Below, one piece after another: positions 29,001-36,923 of a DNA stretch of 64,000 nt. How positions within the stretch are numbered: position 1 is the first letter of the stretch; the number at the start of each line of letters is the position of its first letter. The translations under genes were made by a program, and so were the position numbers. The DNA is taken from contig JAHWIK010000015.1 in assembly GCA_019322485.1 (NCBI GenBank), positions 23,216 to 87,215 on the forward strand, given 5' to 3'. The stretch comes from Candidatus Woesearchaeota archaeon (lineage in GTDB: Archaea > Nanobdellota > Nanobdellia > Woesearchaeales > JAHWIC01). The notes beneath the pieces are model-generated. The model was not told the DNA's origin. It ran no database searches and worked only from the letters and a program-made list of their open reading frames with translations.

Positions 29001-32000
29001 GTTTTGTGTGCTGTTGCAGCCAGTTGGTGAGCATGTATAGTTTTCCCGGCCAGGGCAGGCAGAATTGTTATAACAGCTGTAATCATTGCAGTCACCATCT
29101 TGCAGGTAGGTGTTTGCTCCAAAGTGGTATTGATATGATGCATTTGTCCATCCAGGGTTCTGCATCTGGCTGATGTAATAATCCTGGTCATTATCAAAAA
29201 CATCTGTACAGTTTCTTTCAATAATTAATTCACAGTTTTGTCCTGACGGGCCGATAGCTGTATCATTGCAGTCTTGGTCATATCTATAGCTGTCATAAGC
29301 AATAGCATACGGCCAGAATTGGTTTGGAGTGAGACCATATGCATAATAGATGCAGTCTATTCCGCCTGATAGGTTTTCCACTCTGTTTGAATCTAATAAA
29401 TAATCAGTTATGTTGTAGACATACCTGTCTAGGTCATTGTCAACTCCATCAGTGCACAATGATGCTGTTTCTGTTGTAGGGCATGCAGAGTCATTTGCAC
29501 AGTCATAATCATCACAATCATAGCCGCCAGAGGCGCTTGTCCTATTCCCGCCAGGATTGTATGCATTATCTAAGTCATTGTCATAACCATCTGTACAGTT
29601 TATCTCGTGGCCTAGCTCACATTTTCCAGGACCCATATCAACACCATCACAGTCTGCATCAGGGTAGTGGTTTCCATCATAGTTATATCTGCAGTCCATT
29701 CCACCGCCATACTGGTTGTTTGTTGCACTATATTGTGTTCCTGTCCAGCCGGTTATTGTATAATAATCAAGGTCATTATCCTTGTTGTCAGAACAGTTTG
29801 CTCCATCATTTTCCCAATAGTTTGTTACATTGCATGTTGATTGGCAGTCATACTCTCCATGTGCAATGTTGCTTCCACCTGCACCATATTGATAATTTGG
29901 GTTTGTTGTTGAGGCTCCTGTTGAGGTCGTATTGCAGTCAAGTTCCCCATCCTGGTCATTATCAAATCCATCTGAGCAGCTTGTTTCAAAGATTAATTGG
30001 CATGTTCCTGCTGGCAATACAGAACTATTGCAGTCTATATCATACTCTACCATCCTGCAGTCAGCTCCTGCTCCTGGCAAGCCCGAGTAAAAGTCTAGGT
30101 CATTGTCCTTTCCGTCAATGCATGTTATTCCTGACTCATTTATGGGACAGTTTGAATCATTGAAACAATCATATTCTCCATGAGGATAAGTTCCTCCACC
30201 AGAATAGGTTGACCTGGGGTTAGTTGGATTGCTTAAGTACTGGATTACCCCGCCTGTAAAGAATGCTGTTGTGTTGCAGTCAAATGCTCTGTCACGGTCA
30301 TTATCAAACAAGTCATTACATATTGTTTCTACCCCTAATTCGCATGTGCCATTGATTCCTCCAACATTATAGCTGAGCCAGCTTGAGTTTAGGATGTATG
30401 TGTTGTTGCAGTCAGTGTCCCATGTACCTGCATTATAATGGCAGTCTGTATCACCATCATCGTCATTGTCAAAGCCGTCTGTGCAGGAGTTATTTGTTGC
30501 AGCATATTTGCTTTCATTCTGGTAAGCGCATAAAGGATAGGTTCCGTCAGGGTTTGCCGATGTTGAACCAATATAAGCGTCGCAATCAATGTCAATACAG
30601 TCTGTTGTATAATCCAAGTCATTGTCATATGAGTCTGCACAAGATATATCATGTTCATCTCTTACGCCGTCATCTGAAATATTTATGTTAAATTTAAAGT
30701 CATATGCTGAACCATTAAATATCCTGTTCAAGACTAAGCCATACATTCCATAGAAGTTGTTTGTTGTATTCATCATTGCTTTTAGGACATTATCTAATGT
30801 GCTTTGGGTGTAAGGTGTTGGGTCAGAAGGAGGATTTGGGCCAGACTGGGCAATTATTGAGTTAGCACTTGTTGTTTTTCCGCTTAGACCGGTTGTTGCG
30901 GAGTAGTTTAATATCCAGAAATCACCAGGGTTTTCCTGCCATAATGATGTATTGAACTGCCACACCTTGAAATAAGCTGTATAGCCTGTTATTTGCGAGG
31001 TTTGATACAGCCTCATACTAAACAATGCTTCTGGCTGTATCTTGTATGTGTAAGTGACTGCTGTGTTCGATGCTGTTCCAGTGCATAAGTTTGGTGCGCA
31101 TGAAGCATCACAGGTTCCACCGTCTATGCATTGAAGTGACCCATCTAAATCACCTGGGTCATATGGCGGGTCATCTCTCCAGCCAGCTGCTGTTTTGTTG
31201 CAAGTCCATGCAGGAGTGCCCTGCTTGTTTGTATTAGAGCCCCCTACAATATAATATTCTCCGTAGACAATTGAAGCGCAGTCTGAATCCTCACAATCTA
31301 TTTTACCATCTCCATCATCATCTGCATTATTAGCACAGTGCGTCTCCACAACGTCAGGGGTATTCTTTTTCTTTATTGAGAAGTCAACGTCTTTTGCACC
31401 ATAATAATATGATGAGTCTGCGGGATTATAGAAAACACTTGAACAGGTGTTGTTTTCAAGGAAGTAGTTTGAGTTATCTACGCCGGCTGCACAGTTTGCT
31501 GCCCTGGTCACATAACCTACATACCATGCATAGTTGAGGGCAGCTTTACCCTCGTAGAAAGCAAGTTGCACTGTTCCGTTTAATCTTCTGCCAGATGTTA
31601 CAGGTATTGTGCATGTCCTGTGGCATTCTTCACCAACAGGGCATGTTGAATCCTCAGAGTTATTGACATTAGTCACTGTATTGCTTTGGCTTATTGTATA
31701 GGATATAGAGTAATTATTTCCTGCTGTGTTGGTAACTGTTTCTGCTCCATCTGCATAGTTCGAGTCCATGCAGGAGAAATTAGCTTTTAGGTTTTCGATT
31801 ATTCCTTCTCCGATTACTGTCAGATTTATTACTGAACCATCTTCGTAGAACACCCTTCTCCTGTAATTATTTGAGGTATCTGCCACTCTCAACAGGAAGA
31901 ATCCTACTGTTCCTGATGAGCTAGCTCCTCCTGTTATTTCTGTAATAGATGATAACTCTTTTCCATCAGGGATTATGAAGAAGTTTAGTGAACTGACAAG

Positions 32001-32063
32001 TAAGAGGATAATACAAAGTACTAATTTAATAATTTCAGATATCTTTTTTGTTTTATCTTTCAT
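26013..32063 (-). CDS. giant (2016 aa) cell-surface adhesin/S-layer-like protein with at least a dozen MopE-like Cys/Asp repeats and dense N-glycosylation sequons
   Basis: N-terminal TM/signal. Repeats of 'C(T/S)DG(F/Y/V)DND(L/Q)D...DC' (e.g. CTDGFDNDDDGDTDC, CSDGFDNDQDGELDC, CTDSYDNDFDNSVDCEDSDC). Asn/Thr/Ser/Tyr-rich with many N-x-S/T sites. Confidence 0.7.
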   Translation of the reverse strand: MKDKTKKISEIIKLVLCIILLLVSSLNFFIIPDGKELSSITEITGGASSSGTVGFFLLRVADTSNNYRRRVFYEDGSVINLTVIGEGIIENLKANFSCMDSNYADGAETVTNTAGNNYSISYTISQSNTVTNVNNSEDSTCPVGEECHRTCTIPVTSGRRLNGTVQLAFYEGKAALNYAWYVGYVTRAANCAAGVDNSNYFLENNTCSSVFYNPADSSYYYGAKDVDFSIKKKNTPDVVETHCANNADDDGDGKIDCEDSDCASIVYGEYYIVGGSNTNKQGTPAWTCNKTAAGWRDDPPYDPGDLDGSLQCIDGGTCDASCAPNLCTGTASNTAVTYTYKIQPEALFSMRLYQTSQITGYTAYFKVWQFNTSLWQENPGDFWILNYSATTGLSGKTTSANSIIAQSGPNPPSDPTPYTQSTLDNVLKAMMNTTNNFYGMYGLVLNRIFNGSAYDFKFNINISDDGVRDEHDISCADSYDNDLDYTTDCIDIDCDAYIGSTSANPDGTYPLCAYQNESKYAATNNSCTDGFDNDDDGDTDCHYNAGTWDTDCNNTYILNSSWLSYNVGGINGTCELGVETICNDLFDNDRDRAFDCNTTAFFTGGVIQYLSNPTNPRSTYSGGGTYPHGEYDCFNDSNCPINESGITCIDGKDNDLDFYSGLPGAGADCRMVEYDIDCNSSVLPAGTCQLIFETSCSDGFDNDQDGELDCNTTSTGASTTNPNYQYGAGGSNIAHGEYDCQSTCNVTNYWENDGANCSDNKDNDLDYYTITGWTGTQYSATNNQYGGGMDCRYNYDGNHYPDADCDGVDMGPGKCELGHEINCTDGYDNDLDNAYNPGGNRTSASGGYDCDDYDCANDSACPTTETASLCTDGVDNDLDRYVYNITDYLLDSNRVENLSGGIDCIYYAYGLTPNQFWPYAIAYDSYRYDQDCNDTAIGPSGQNCELIIERNCTDVFDNDQDYYISQMQNPGWTNASYQYHFGANTYLQDGDCNDYSCYNNSACPGRENYTCSPTGCNSTQNWCLDSIDNDLDNYLSDGINLSTAAGAGIDCAWNNYDSDCNNTYINDSGNIGLCTIRWEYNCSDGVDNDQDLGTYYVGESGSAHAGANTGEDCDDYNCYAVQESGLYVCTDDGSGLSIVEQTCNDTLDNDLDAYTWNGTEYETNDASGTDCGDPDCNGLLGPGDILCALFEEMYFDPFDDTLCGDYNSSGTTAYSMDNDGDNLANCYDTGCYHQGLCRVCPPEENVTLDSCMDGLNNEYEYQDEYISKTNYDPNEINASLNDGVYDCRDSDCDGIVGVWSTSQGICNSASAGTGYRTTESACTDSYDNDFDNSVDCEDSDCSSGASCLAPYTNSLAACTLKCSDAAAVSYIGGEPPDYSVNTNWGGGTPDLTYTEYHWRGKNLTFTFTDSATNVNGKTIQIYLGSASATYVPLDYEMNASNSGIYGTDSGNFNVQYSAQSGYHYQAVLIEYSGAYPNQILNLTFWITVPDNDTIVQNSSFSYYVSTSIGGVEQNADVTQYILETEPPQAPVFVKTTPADDDYTTSRLRMIKTDNTVTRLSASDTVYVRVNATDSGTWNSGVELCQFNDGTGWVNETSAYDCRYALTLSDGLNTIYARAVDGVGNIGPNTSLTIDVRTLPKQTTGFFCIDTNCSTSYPTKDYYVPTETLNVAVNFTSTYGFTANASGCVVYAEKNSPGSRISLGSVPLASTGMCNGTVSLSGLSEGYYTVEVELRDDNDTRTVSGELPWSNGNSKENIWVCDYTQTYNGYTCKDACEREEANRPSKVILKSPESGNTTTELRPTFTWYNATYNGSTTAKYEIEIDDSPIFTSLDYSRGNLSEGSNNETSHTLISDLELDKTYFWRVRAYHSIISGEWSDVWNFTLSSYIAINLTRDVVDFGVVIPGFSESTEDDSPLPLLLENVGNLIVNISINATDLFETVPNPNESYQFAIGVNESGSFTSATTTLTPMPSNSTPAIYNLNWEDASDTAEIDLNATVPLLEPSGQKNSTILVRTT

Positions 32064-32212
32064 TATTCTATTAACACCACTTTTACTTTTTTGTTAGCCC
32101 AGTGTTTAGGAACGTAGATTTGAGCACCGTTGCCGCTGTGTTTTGCGGTCTTCTCAATAACCTCATAACCTTCCATTTCCATTTGAATCGGCTTTCTCTT
32201 TAGGCGTTTCAT
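32063..32212 (-). CDS. 49-aa swapped-hairpin (AbrB/SpoVT/DUF2080-like) small protein, copy 1. Absent from the ORF track because it is under 60 aa.
   Basis: Translation 'MKRLKRKPIQMEMEGYEVIEKTAKHSGNGAQIYVPKHWANKKVKVVLIE'. Its stop overlaps the giant gene start codon by 1 nt. Confidence 0.4.
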   Translation of the reverse strand: MKRLKRKPIQMEMEGYEVIEKTAKHSGNGAQIYVPKHWANKKVKVVLIE

Positions 32213-32352
32213 TATTCTATTAACACCACCTTGACTTTTTTGTTAGCCCAGTGTTTAGGAACGTAGATTTGAGCACCGTTGCCGCTGTGTTTTGCAGTCT
32301 TCTCAACTACCTCATGCCCTTCTATTTTCATCTGAATTGGCTTACTTTTCAT
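32064..32352. repeat. tandem direct repeat, 2 x ~145 bp (near-identical over ~100 bp including the 'cattattctattaacaccac' junction), corresponding to the two mini-genes
   Basis: Alignment by eye of 32064-32212 against 32213-32352 shows only a few mismatches in the first ~100 nt. Confidence 0.8.
32212..32352 (-). CDS. 46-aa swapped-hairpin small protein, copy 2
   Basis: Translation 'MKSKPIQMKIEGHEVVEKTAKHSGNGAQIYVPKHWANKKVKVVLIE'. Its stop overlaps the copy-1 start by 1 nt. Confidence 0.4.
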   Translation of the reverse strand: MKSKPIQMKIEGHEVVEKTAKHSGNGAQIYVPKHWANKKVKVVLIE

Positions 32353-32385
32353 GTAGCTACAATGTAGCTACATCACTTTATAAAG
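32351..32385. promoter_or_regulatory. two overlapping copies of the 12-bp perfect palindrome ATGTAGCTACAT (32351-32373) directly upstream of mini-gene copy 2, plus the palindromic TATA-like 'ctttataaag' (32376-32385). Putative promoter/operator.
   Basis: 'atgtagctacaatgtagctacat'. The TATA-like element is about 27 nt upstream of the ATG (leaderless-type spacing). Confidence 0.35.
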
Positions 32386-32436
32386 ATTTCGGTATTTTAG
32401 AAGATATTTTGAGAAAGAACGTCAGAAAGAAACTAT

Positions 32437-32715
32437 TTACTGAATATCCTCAATCCTAATTATATGATATCCAAACTGAGTCTTTACGGGGCCGACAATG
32501 TCTCCTTTCTTTGCATTGAAGCAGGCATTCTCAAACTCTTTTGCCATTTGACCTCTTTTAAACCATCCAAGATTTCCTCCCTTTTTTCTTGAAGGGCACA
32601 TTGATTTCTCTTTAGCAACCTCTGCAAAGTCCTTTCCATGAGTCACATCATAAGAAACAACAAGAGCTTCCTGCTCTGTTTTAACTAAGATATGCGATGC
32701 ATTGACTTTTTTCAT
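32437..32715 (-). CDS. parvulin-type peptidyl-prolyl cis-trans isomerase
   Basis: 'ASHILVKTEQEA...GGNLGWFKRGQMAKEFENA...GYHIIRIED' parvulin signature. 92 aa. Confidence 0.75.
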   Translation of the reverse strand: MKKVNASHILVKTEQEALVVSYDVTHGKDFAEVAKEKSMCPSRKKGGNLGWFKRGQMAKEFENACFNAKKGDIVGPVKTQFGYHIIRIEDIQ

Positions 32716-32729
32716 AAAACACCCCTGAT

Positions 32730-33452
32730 TTATTCAACATAAACCTTTTCCTTTCCTAGATTCTTAAATGGAATCTCACCAAATCTGCAATTTCTGCAGG
32801 TTGCATCCAAATCAACCCAGTGGTCCATTGATTTATAGCTTTTCAGGGCATCTGGAAGATAAGCCTGGACATAAACATGCCTTGGAATGAAAACTAACCT
32901 TGTGTTTACACCAATTGCTTCTAAGAGAGTTGCTAATAGAACAGCAGCATCATCGCAGTCACCACCCTGAACAGAAAGAGATTCTTTGGCTGTCTTAACA
33001 TACTCAAACTCATTTGGGTCAGAGACATAATTGAAATTATCACGAATAAAATAATAGAGGGCTTTTGCATGGCATACGCGATTAGTAGGGCAGCCCATAA
33101 CTGAAACCCTGTCAGCAGTCTGCTTGATTAAAGGGTCTGTTGGGTCTATTAACTCCAAGAAATCGTATTTGTTGGTCACATTATGTTTTGTAAGGTTTAA
33201 TGAGAATTCTGGAACAACCTCGCTGATTGTTGGAATATAATTAGGTGCAGGATCAATCTTTATAGAATAAGAAGGAACCAGCCATAGCACAACTAATAAT
33301 AACAGAAATATTGCCATAATCCATTTTATAGGGCCTCTCCACCATGGCTCTTGCTCAATATCCTCATGAACTTCGTGTTCTTCTTCCATATTGATTGTTT
33401 TTTCTTCTATGTTTATATTGTTTTTGTTTGAGGAAAGCTTTATAAATCGCAT
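32730..33452 (-). CDS. membrane-anchored transglutaminase-like (papain-fold) domain protein
   Basis: TM helix. 'GGDCDDAAVLLATLLEAIGVNTRLVFIPRHVYVQ...WVDLD' gives a Cys-His-Asp core. Confidence 0.5.
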   Translation of the reverse strand: MRFIKLSSNKNNINIEEKTINMEEEHEVHEDIEQEPWWRGPIKWIMAIFLLLLVVLWLVPSYSIKIDPAPNYIPTISEVVPEFSLNLTKHNVTNKYDFLELIDPTDPLIKQTADRVSVMGCPTNRVCHAKALYYFIRDNFNYVSDPNEFEYVKTAKESLSVQGGDCDDAAVLLATLLEAIGVNTRLVFIPRHVYVQAYLPDALKSYKSMDHWVDLDATCRNCRFGEIPFKNLGKEKVYVE

Positions 33453-33472
33453 AAAAATCCTGCGCTGGAAAA

Positions 33473-33925
33473 ATGGACTATGCTGAATCAGATAGGGAAC
33501 ATTTGGAGAGCACCTTAGCAGCTGCTACTTCGCCAGTATTAGCTTATTATAGAACTGGCTCAACAGTGAATGGCCAAGCTTTGCCTCACTCTGATATAGA
33601 TTATATTATAATAAATGACATGGATACACATACTCCTTATGGGCATGTTGCCCGTGTCTGGGACCCAAATGCTGCAAAGTTTGTTGATTTTGTTCATTTT
33701 ACAAGAAAGGACCTGGAGTCTCCATCAACAATACCAGATGAGCAGGGCAGAGATGGCAAAATTAAGTATTTGATGAGAGAATTAGTGCGTGAGAGGATAC
33801 TTCTTCATGGTGGAGATGCTTTTCTTGCTTTATTAAATGAAGGAGACCTAAAAAGAGTAGCAGAACAATTAGGGATAGATTCTAGTTCAATGGCAAGGCT
33901 GAAAAATGCAGTATCCTGGGAATAG
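33473..33925 (+). CDS. minimal nucleotidyltransferase (Pol-beta superfamily) domain protein
   Basis: 'GSTVNGQALPHSDIDYIII' is the GS...D.D NTase motif. Confidence 0.5.
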   Translation: MDYAESDREHLESTLAAATSPVLAYYRTGSTVNGQALPHSDIDYIIINDMDTHTPYGHVARVWDPNAAKFVDFVHFTRKDLESPSTIPDEQGRDGKIKYLMRELVRERILLHGGDAFLALLNEGDLKRVAEQLGIDSSSMARLKNAVSWE

Positions 33926-33996
33926 GTTTTTCTTTTTATCCCGAAATTAAAACAACCTTTATAAACAATAATTCTTAACTTTTTCTGGGGGAAATA

Positions 33997-35889
33997 ATGG
34001 TTAAAGAGGAGTTAGATAGAAGTCACTTTCTTGATTTAGTCAGTAGTCCGAAGGATTTGAGGCTGTTGAATAAGCAGCAGTTAGATATGCTTGCTGAGGA
34101 ATTAAGAAGGCTAATAATTGAAACTGTAAGCAAGACAGGCGGCCACTTAGCGTCCAGCCTTGGTGTTATTGAATTAACTATTGCTTTGCATTATGTTTTT
34201 GACTCACCAAATGACAAGATAGTATGGGATGTTGGACATCAGGCTTATGCACATAAGCTGTTAACAGGAAGAAAAAATAAGTTCCATACCTTAAGGCAGC
34301 ACAAGGGCATAGCTGGTTTTCCAAAATCAAAGGAGAGCCCTCACGATGCCTTTGATACTGGACACAGCTCAACAGCAATATCAGCAGCTTTAGGAATAGC
34401 AGCTGCTCGCGATTTAAAGCATGAAAAAAACAAGGTGATAGCTGTTATTGGAGACGGAGCTTTAACTGGCGGAATGTCTTTTGAAGCCTTAAATCATGCT
34501 GGCTCATTAAAGAAAGACCTCATAGTAATCCTTAATGATAATGAGATGTCAATAAGCAAGAATGTAGGTGCTTTATCCTCTTATCTTTCAAAGCTGGTAT
34601 CAAAGCCTGGTTATGTCGACAGAAGAAAGAAAGTAGAAAGGATTTTAAGGGGGATACCTGGCCTGAGAAGGCAGGCTGCTAAGGTTTTTGGAATCGAGGA
34701 TACAATAAGGGCTTTAGCAGCTACAACTCCTGGCCTGATATTCAGGGAGCTTGGTTTTAGGTATTTTGGACCTGTTGATGGCCATAATATCGAGCAGATG
34801 ATAAAAACATTAGAGAACATAGAACAGCTTAAAGGTCCTATATTGCTTCATGTCATAACAAAAAAAGGGAAAGGCTATAGCTATGCAGAAGCTGACAGGA
34901 CAAGGTTTCATGGCATTGCGCCATTCAACATAGAGAATGGTGAAAAGAAGCACAAGAGCAGCGTTACATACACAACAGCATTCTCAAGATGTTTGACAAA
35001 GCTTGCAAAGCAGGACAAAAGGGTAGTTGCAATAACAGCAGCAATGAAGCCTGGAACAGGATTAGACCAGTTTGCAGGAATGTTTCCAGACAGGTTATTT
35101 GACGTCGGCATAGCAGAGCAGCATGCAGTTACATTTGCAGCTGGCTTGGCTAAGAACGGCTATAAGCCGGTATGCGCGATTTATTCTACTTTCCTGCAAA
35201 GGGCTTATGACCAGATTGTGCACGATGTTTGTTTGCAGAACCTGCCTGTTGTCTTTGCAATTGATAGAGCTGGCTTGGTCGGAGAGGACGGACCAACACA
35301 TCATGGAAGTTTTGATTTATCTTATCTGAGGCATATACCAAACATGACTGTAATGGCTCCAAAGGACGAGAATGAACTGGGGCATATGCTAAAAACAGCT
35401 TTAGAGATTGACGGGCCGGTTGCAGTAAGATACCCAAGAGGTACGGGCTTGGGGGTTGCAATACAGAACCCATACCACCCAATAGAATTAGGAAAAGCAG
35501 AAGTAATGCAGAAAGGAAAAGATTTGGCAATATTAGCAGTTGGTTCTTGCGTTGATATGGCGAATAAGGCTGCTGAGAAACTGGGGAAGAATAAAATAAA
35601 TGCAACCGTTGTTAATGTAAGGTTTGTAAAGCCTCTGGACGAGAAACTAATACTGAACCTAGCAAAGAAACACAGGAAACTGATTACTATAGAGGAGAAT
35701 GCATTAGATGGCGGTTTTGGTTCTGGTGTGCTGGAATTGTTGGAGCAGTATAACACCAAGGCAACGGTAAAAAGAATTGGAATACCTGATAAATTTGTAG
35801 AGCACGGTTCAATGTCAATCTTAAGAGAAAAAATTGGATTAACTGAGGATAATATAGTGAAGGAAGCGAAGTCGTTGATGGCAAAATGA
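33997..35889 (+). CDS. dxs: 1-deoxy-D-xylulose-5-phosphate synthase
   Basis: 'GGHLASSLGVIELTIALHYVFDSPNDKIVWDVGHQAYAHKLLTGR' (TPP-binding) and full-length similarity to Dxs. Confidence 0.9.
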   Translation: MVKEELDRSHFLDLVSSPKDLRLLNKQQLDMLAEELRRLIIETVSKTGGHLASSLGVIELTIALHYVFDSPNDKIVWDVGHQAYAHKLLTGRKNKFHTLRQHKGIAGFPKSKESPHDAFDTGHSSTAISAALGIAAARDLKHEKNKVIAVIGDGALTGGMSFEALNHAGSLKKDLIVILNDNEMSISKNVGALSSYLSKLVSKPGYVDRRKKVERILRGIPGLRRQAAKVFGIEDTIRALAATTPGLIFRELGFRYFGPVDGHNIEQMIKTLENIEQLKGPILLHVITKKGKGYSYAEADRTRFHGIAPFNIENGEKKHKSSVTYTTAFSRCLTKLAKQDKRVVAITAAMKPGTGLDQFAGMFPDRLFDVGIAEQHAVTFAAGLAKNGYKPVCAIYSTFLQRAYDQIVHDVCLQNLPVVFAIDRAGLVGEDGPTHHGSFDLSYLRHIPNMTVMAPKDENELGHMLKTALEIDGPVAVRYPRGTGLGVAIQNPYHPIELGKAEVMQKGKDLAILAVGSCVDMANKAAEKLGKNKINATVVNVRFVKPLDEKLILNLAKKHRKLITIEENALDGGFGSGVLELLEQYNTKATVKRIGIPDKFVEHGSMSILREKIGLTEDNIVKEAKSLMAK

Positions 35890-36923
35890 GAAGCAAAACA
35901 AAAGAAATCAGGATTGGAAAACTGAAGATTGGCGGAGATAATCCTATTGCAATACAGTCAATGACTAATACTGATACAAAAGACGAGGAAGCAACAATAA
36001 AACAGATTCATGAGCTAGAGGAGAATGGCTGCGAGATAGTTAGGGTTTCTGTTCCTGACAAGGAATCGTTGCTTTCATTAAGAGCAATAAAAGAAAACAT
36101 AAGCATTCCATTGGTTGCTGATATTCATTTTGACCATAAATTAGCTGTAGAAGCTGCAAGGATTGCAGACAAGATAAGGATTAACCCAGGAAATATTGGG
36201 AAAGAGAACCTGAAAGAGGTTGTTGATGCTGTTATGGATTCAAATATTCCGATGAGGGTGGGGATTAACCTAGGTTCTTTGGAAAAAGACATTGAGAAGA
36301 AGTTTGGCCTTACTGCATTAGGTATGGTTGAGAGCGCAATGAGGTCTGTGAAAGAGATAGAAAGGCTTGGCTTCTACAATATGGTTATTTCATTAAAGGC
36401 TTCTGATGTGTTAAAGACAATAGAAGCTTACAGATTGTTTTCACAGAGGTCACAATACCCTTTACACGTCGGTATAACCGAGTCTGGGAGCAGTTTTACA
36501 GGAACTGTTAATTCATCAGTTGGAATTGGAGCTTTATTATTGCAGGGAATTGGAGATACAATCCGCGTTTCATTATCAGCTGAGCCTGTTGAAGAGGTTA
36601 AAGTTGGCTGGCAGATTCTGAAAGCACTTAGGCTTAGGAAGAGGGGGATTGACATAACAAGCTGCCCAACGTGCGCAAGAAAAGGCATAGATGTTATCAA
36701 TATTGTCAAGGAGCTTGAGCAAAGAACCTCAAAAATGAACAAGCCTTTGCATATTGCAGTTATGGGCTGCGGTGTTAATGGTCCAGGAGAAGCTAAAGAA
36801 GCTGATATTGGTGTTGTCGGCGGAAAAGGAAATGTTTTGCTTTACAAGAATGGAATGATGGTCGGCAATATTGAGGGAGATGTTCTTGAAAGGTTGATGA
36901 AGGAGATAGAGAATTCAAAATGA
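35886..36923 (+). CDS. ispG: 4-hydroxy-3-methylbut-2-enyl diphosphate synthase (IspG/GcpE)
   Basis: 'IRIGKLKIGGDNPIAIQSMTNTDTKD' at the N-terminus and the C-terminal Cys cluster 'CPTCARK...GCGVNG'. ATGA overlap with dxs. Confidence 0.85.
   Translation: MRSKTKEIRIGKLKIGGDNPIAIQSMTNTDTKDEEATIKQIHELEENGCEIVRVSVPDKESLLSLRAIKENISIPLVADIHFDHKLAVEAARIADKIRINPGNIGKENLKEVVDAVMDSNIPMRVGINLGSLEKDIEKKFGLTALGMVESAMRSVKEIERLGFYNMVISLKASDVLKTIEAYRLFSQRSQYPLHVGITESGSSFTGTVNSSVGIGALLLQGIGDTIRVSLSAEPVEEVKVGWQILKALRLRKRGIDITSCPTCARKGIDVINIVKELEQRTSKMNKPLHIAVMGCGVNGPGEAKEADIGVVGGKGNVLLYKNGMMVGNIEGDVLERLMKEIENSK

Noticed and set aside
26275-30691. Numerous His/Cys/Leu-rich plus-strand ORFs (e.g. 28256..28948, 29483..30163)
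   Set aside because: All lie inside and antisense to the 2016-aa giant gene, whose strongly skewed codon usage suppresses stop codons on the opposite strand. They have no features of real proteins.
34178-35896. Minus-strand ORFs inside dxs (e.g. 35186..35605, 35322..35759)
   Set aside because: They are antisense to a confidently identified, highly conserved dxs coding sequence. There are no motifs and they are typical shadow ORFs.
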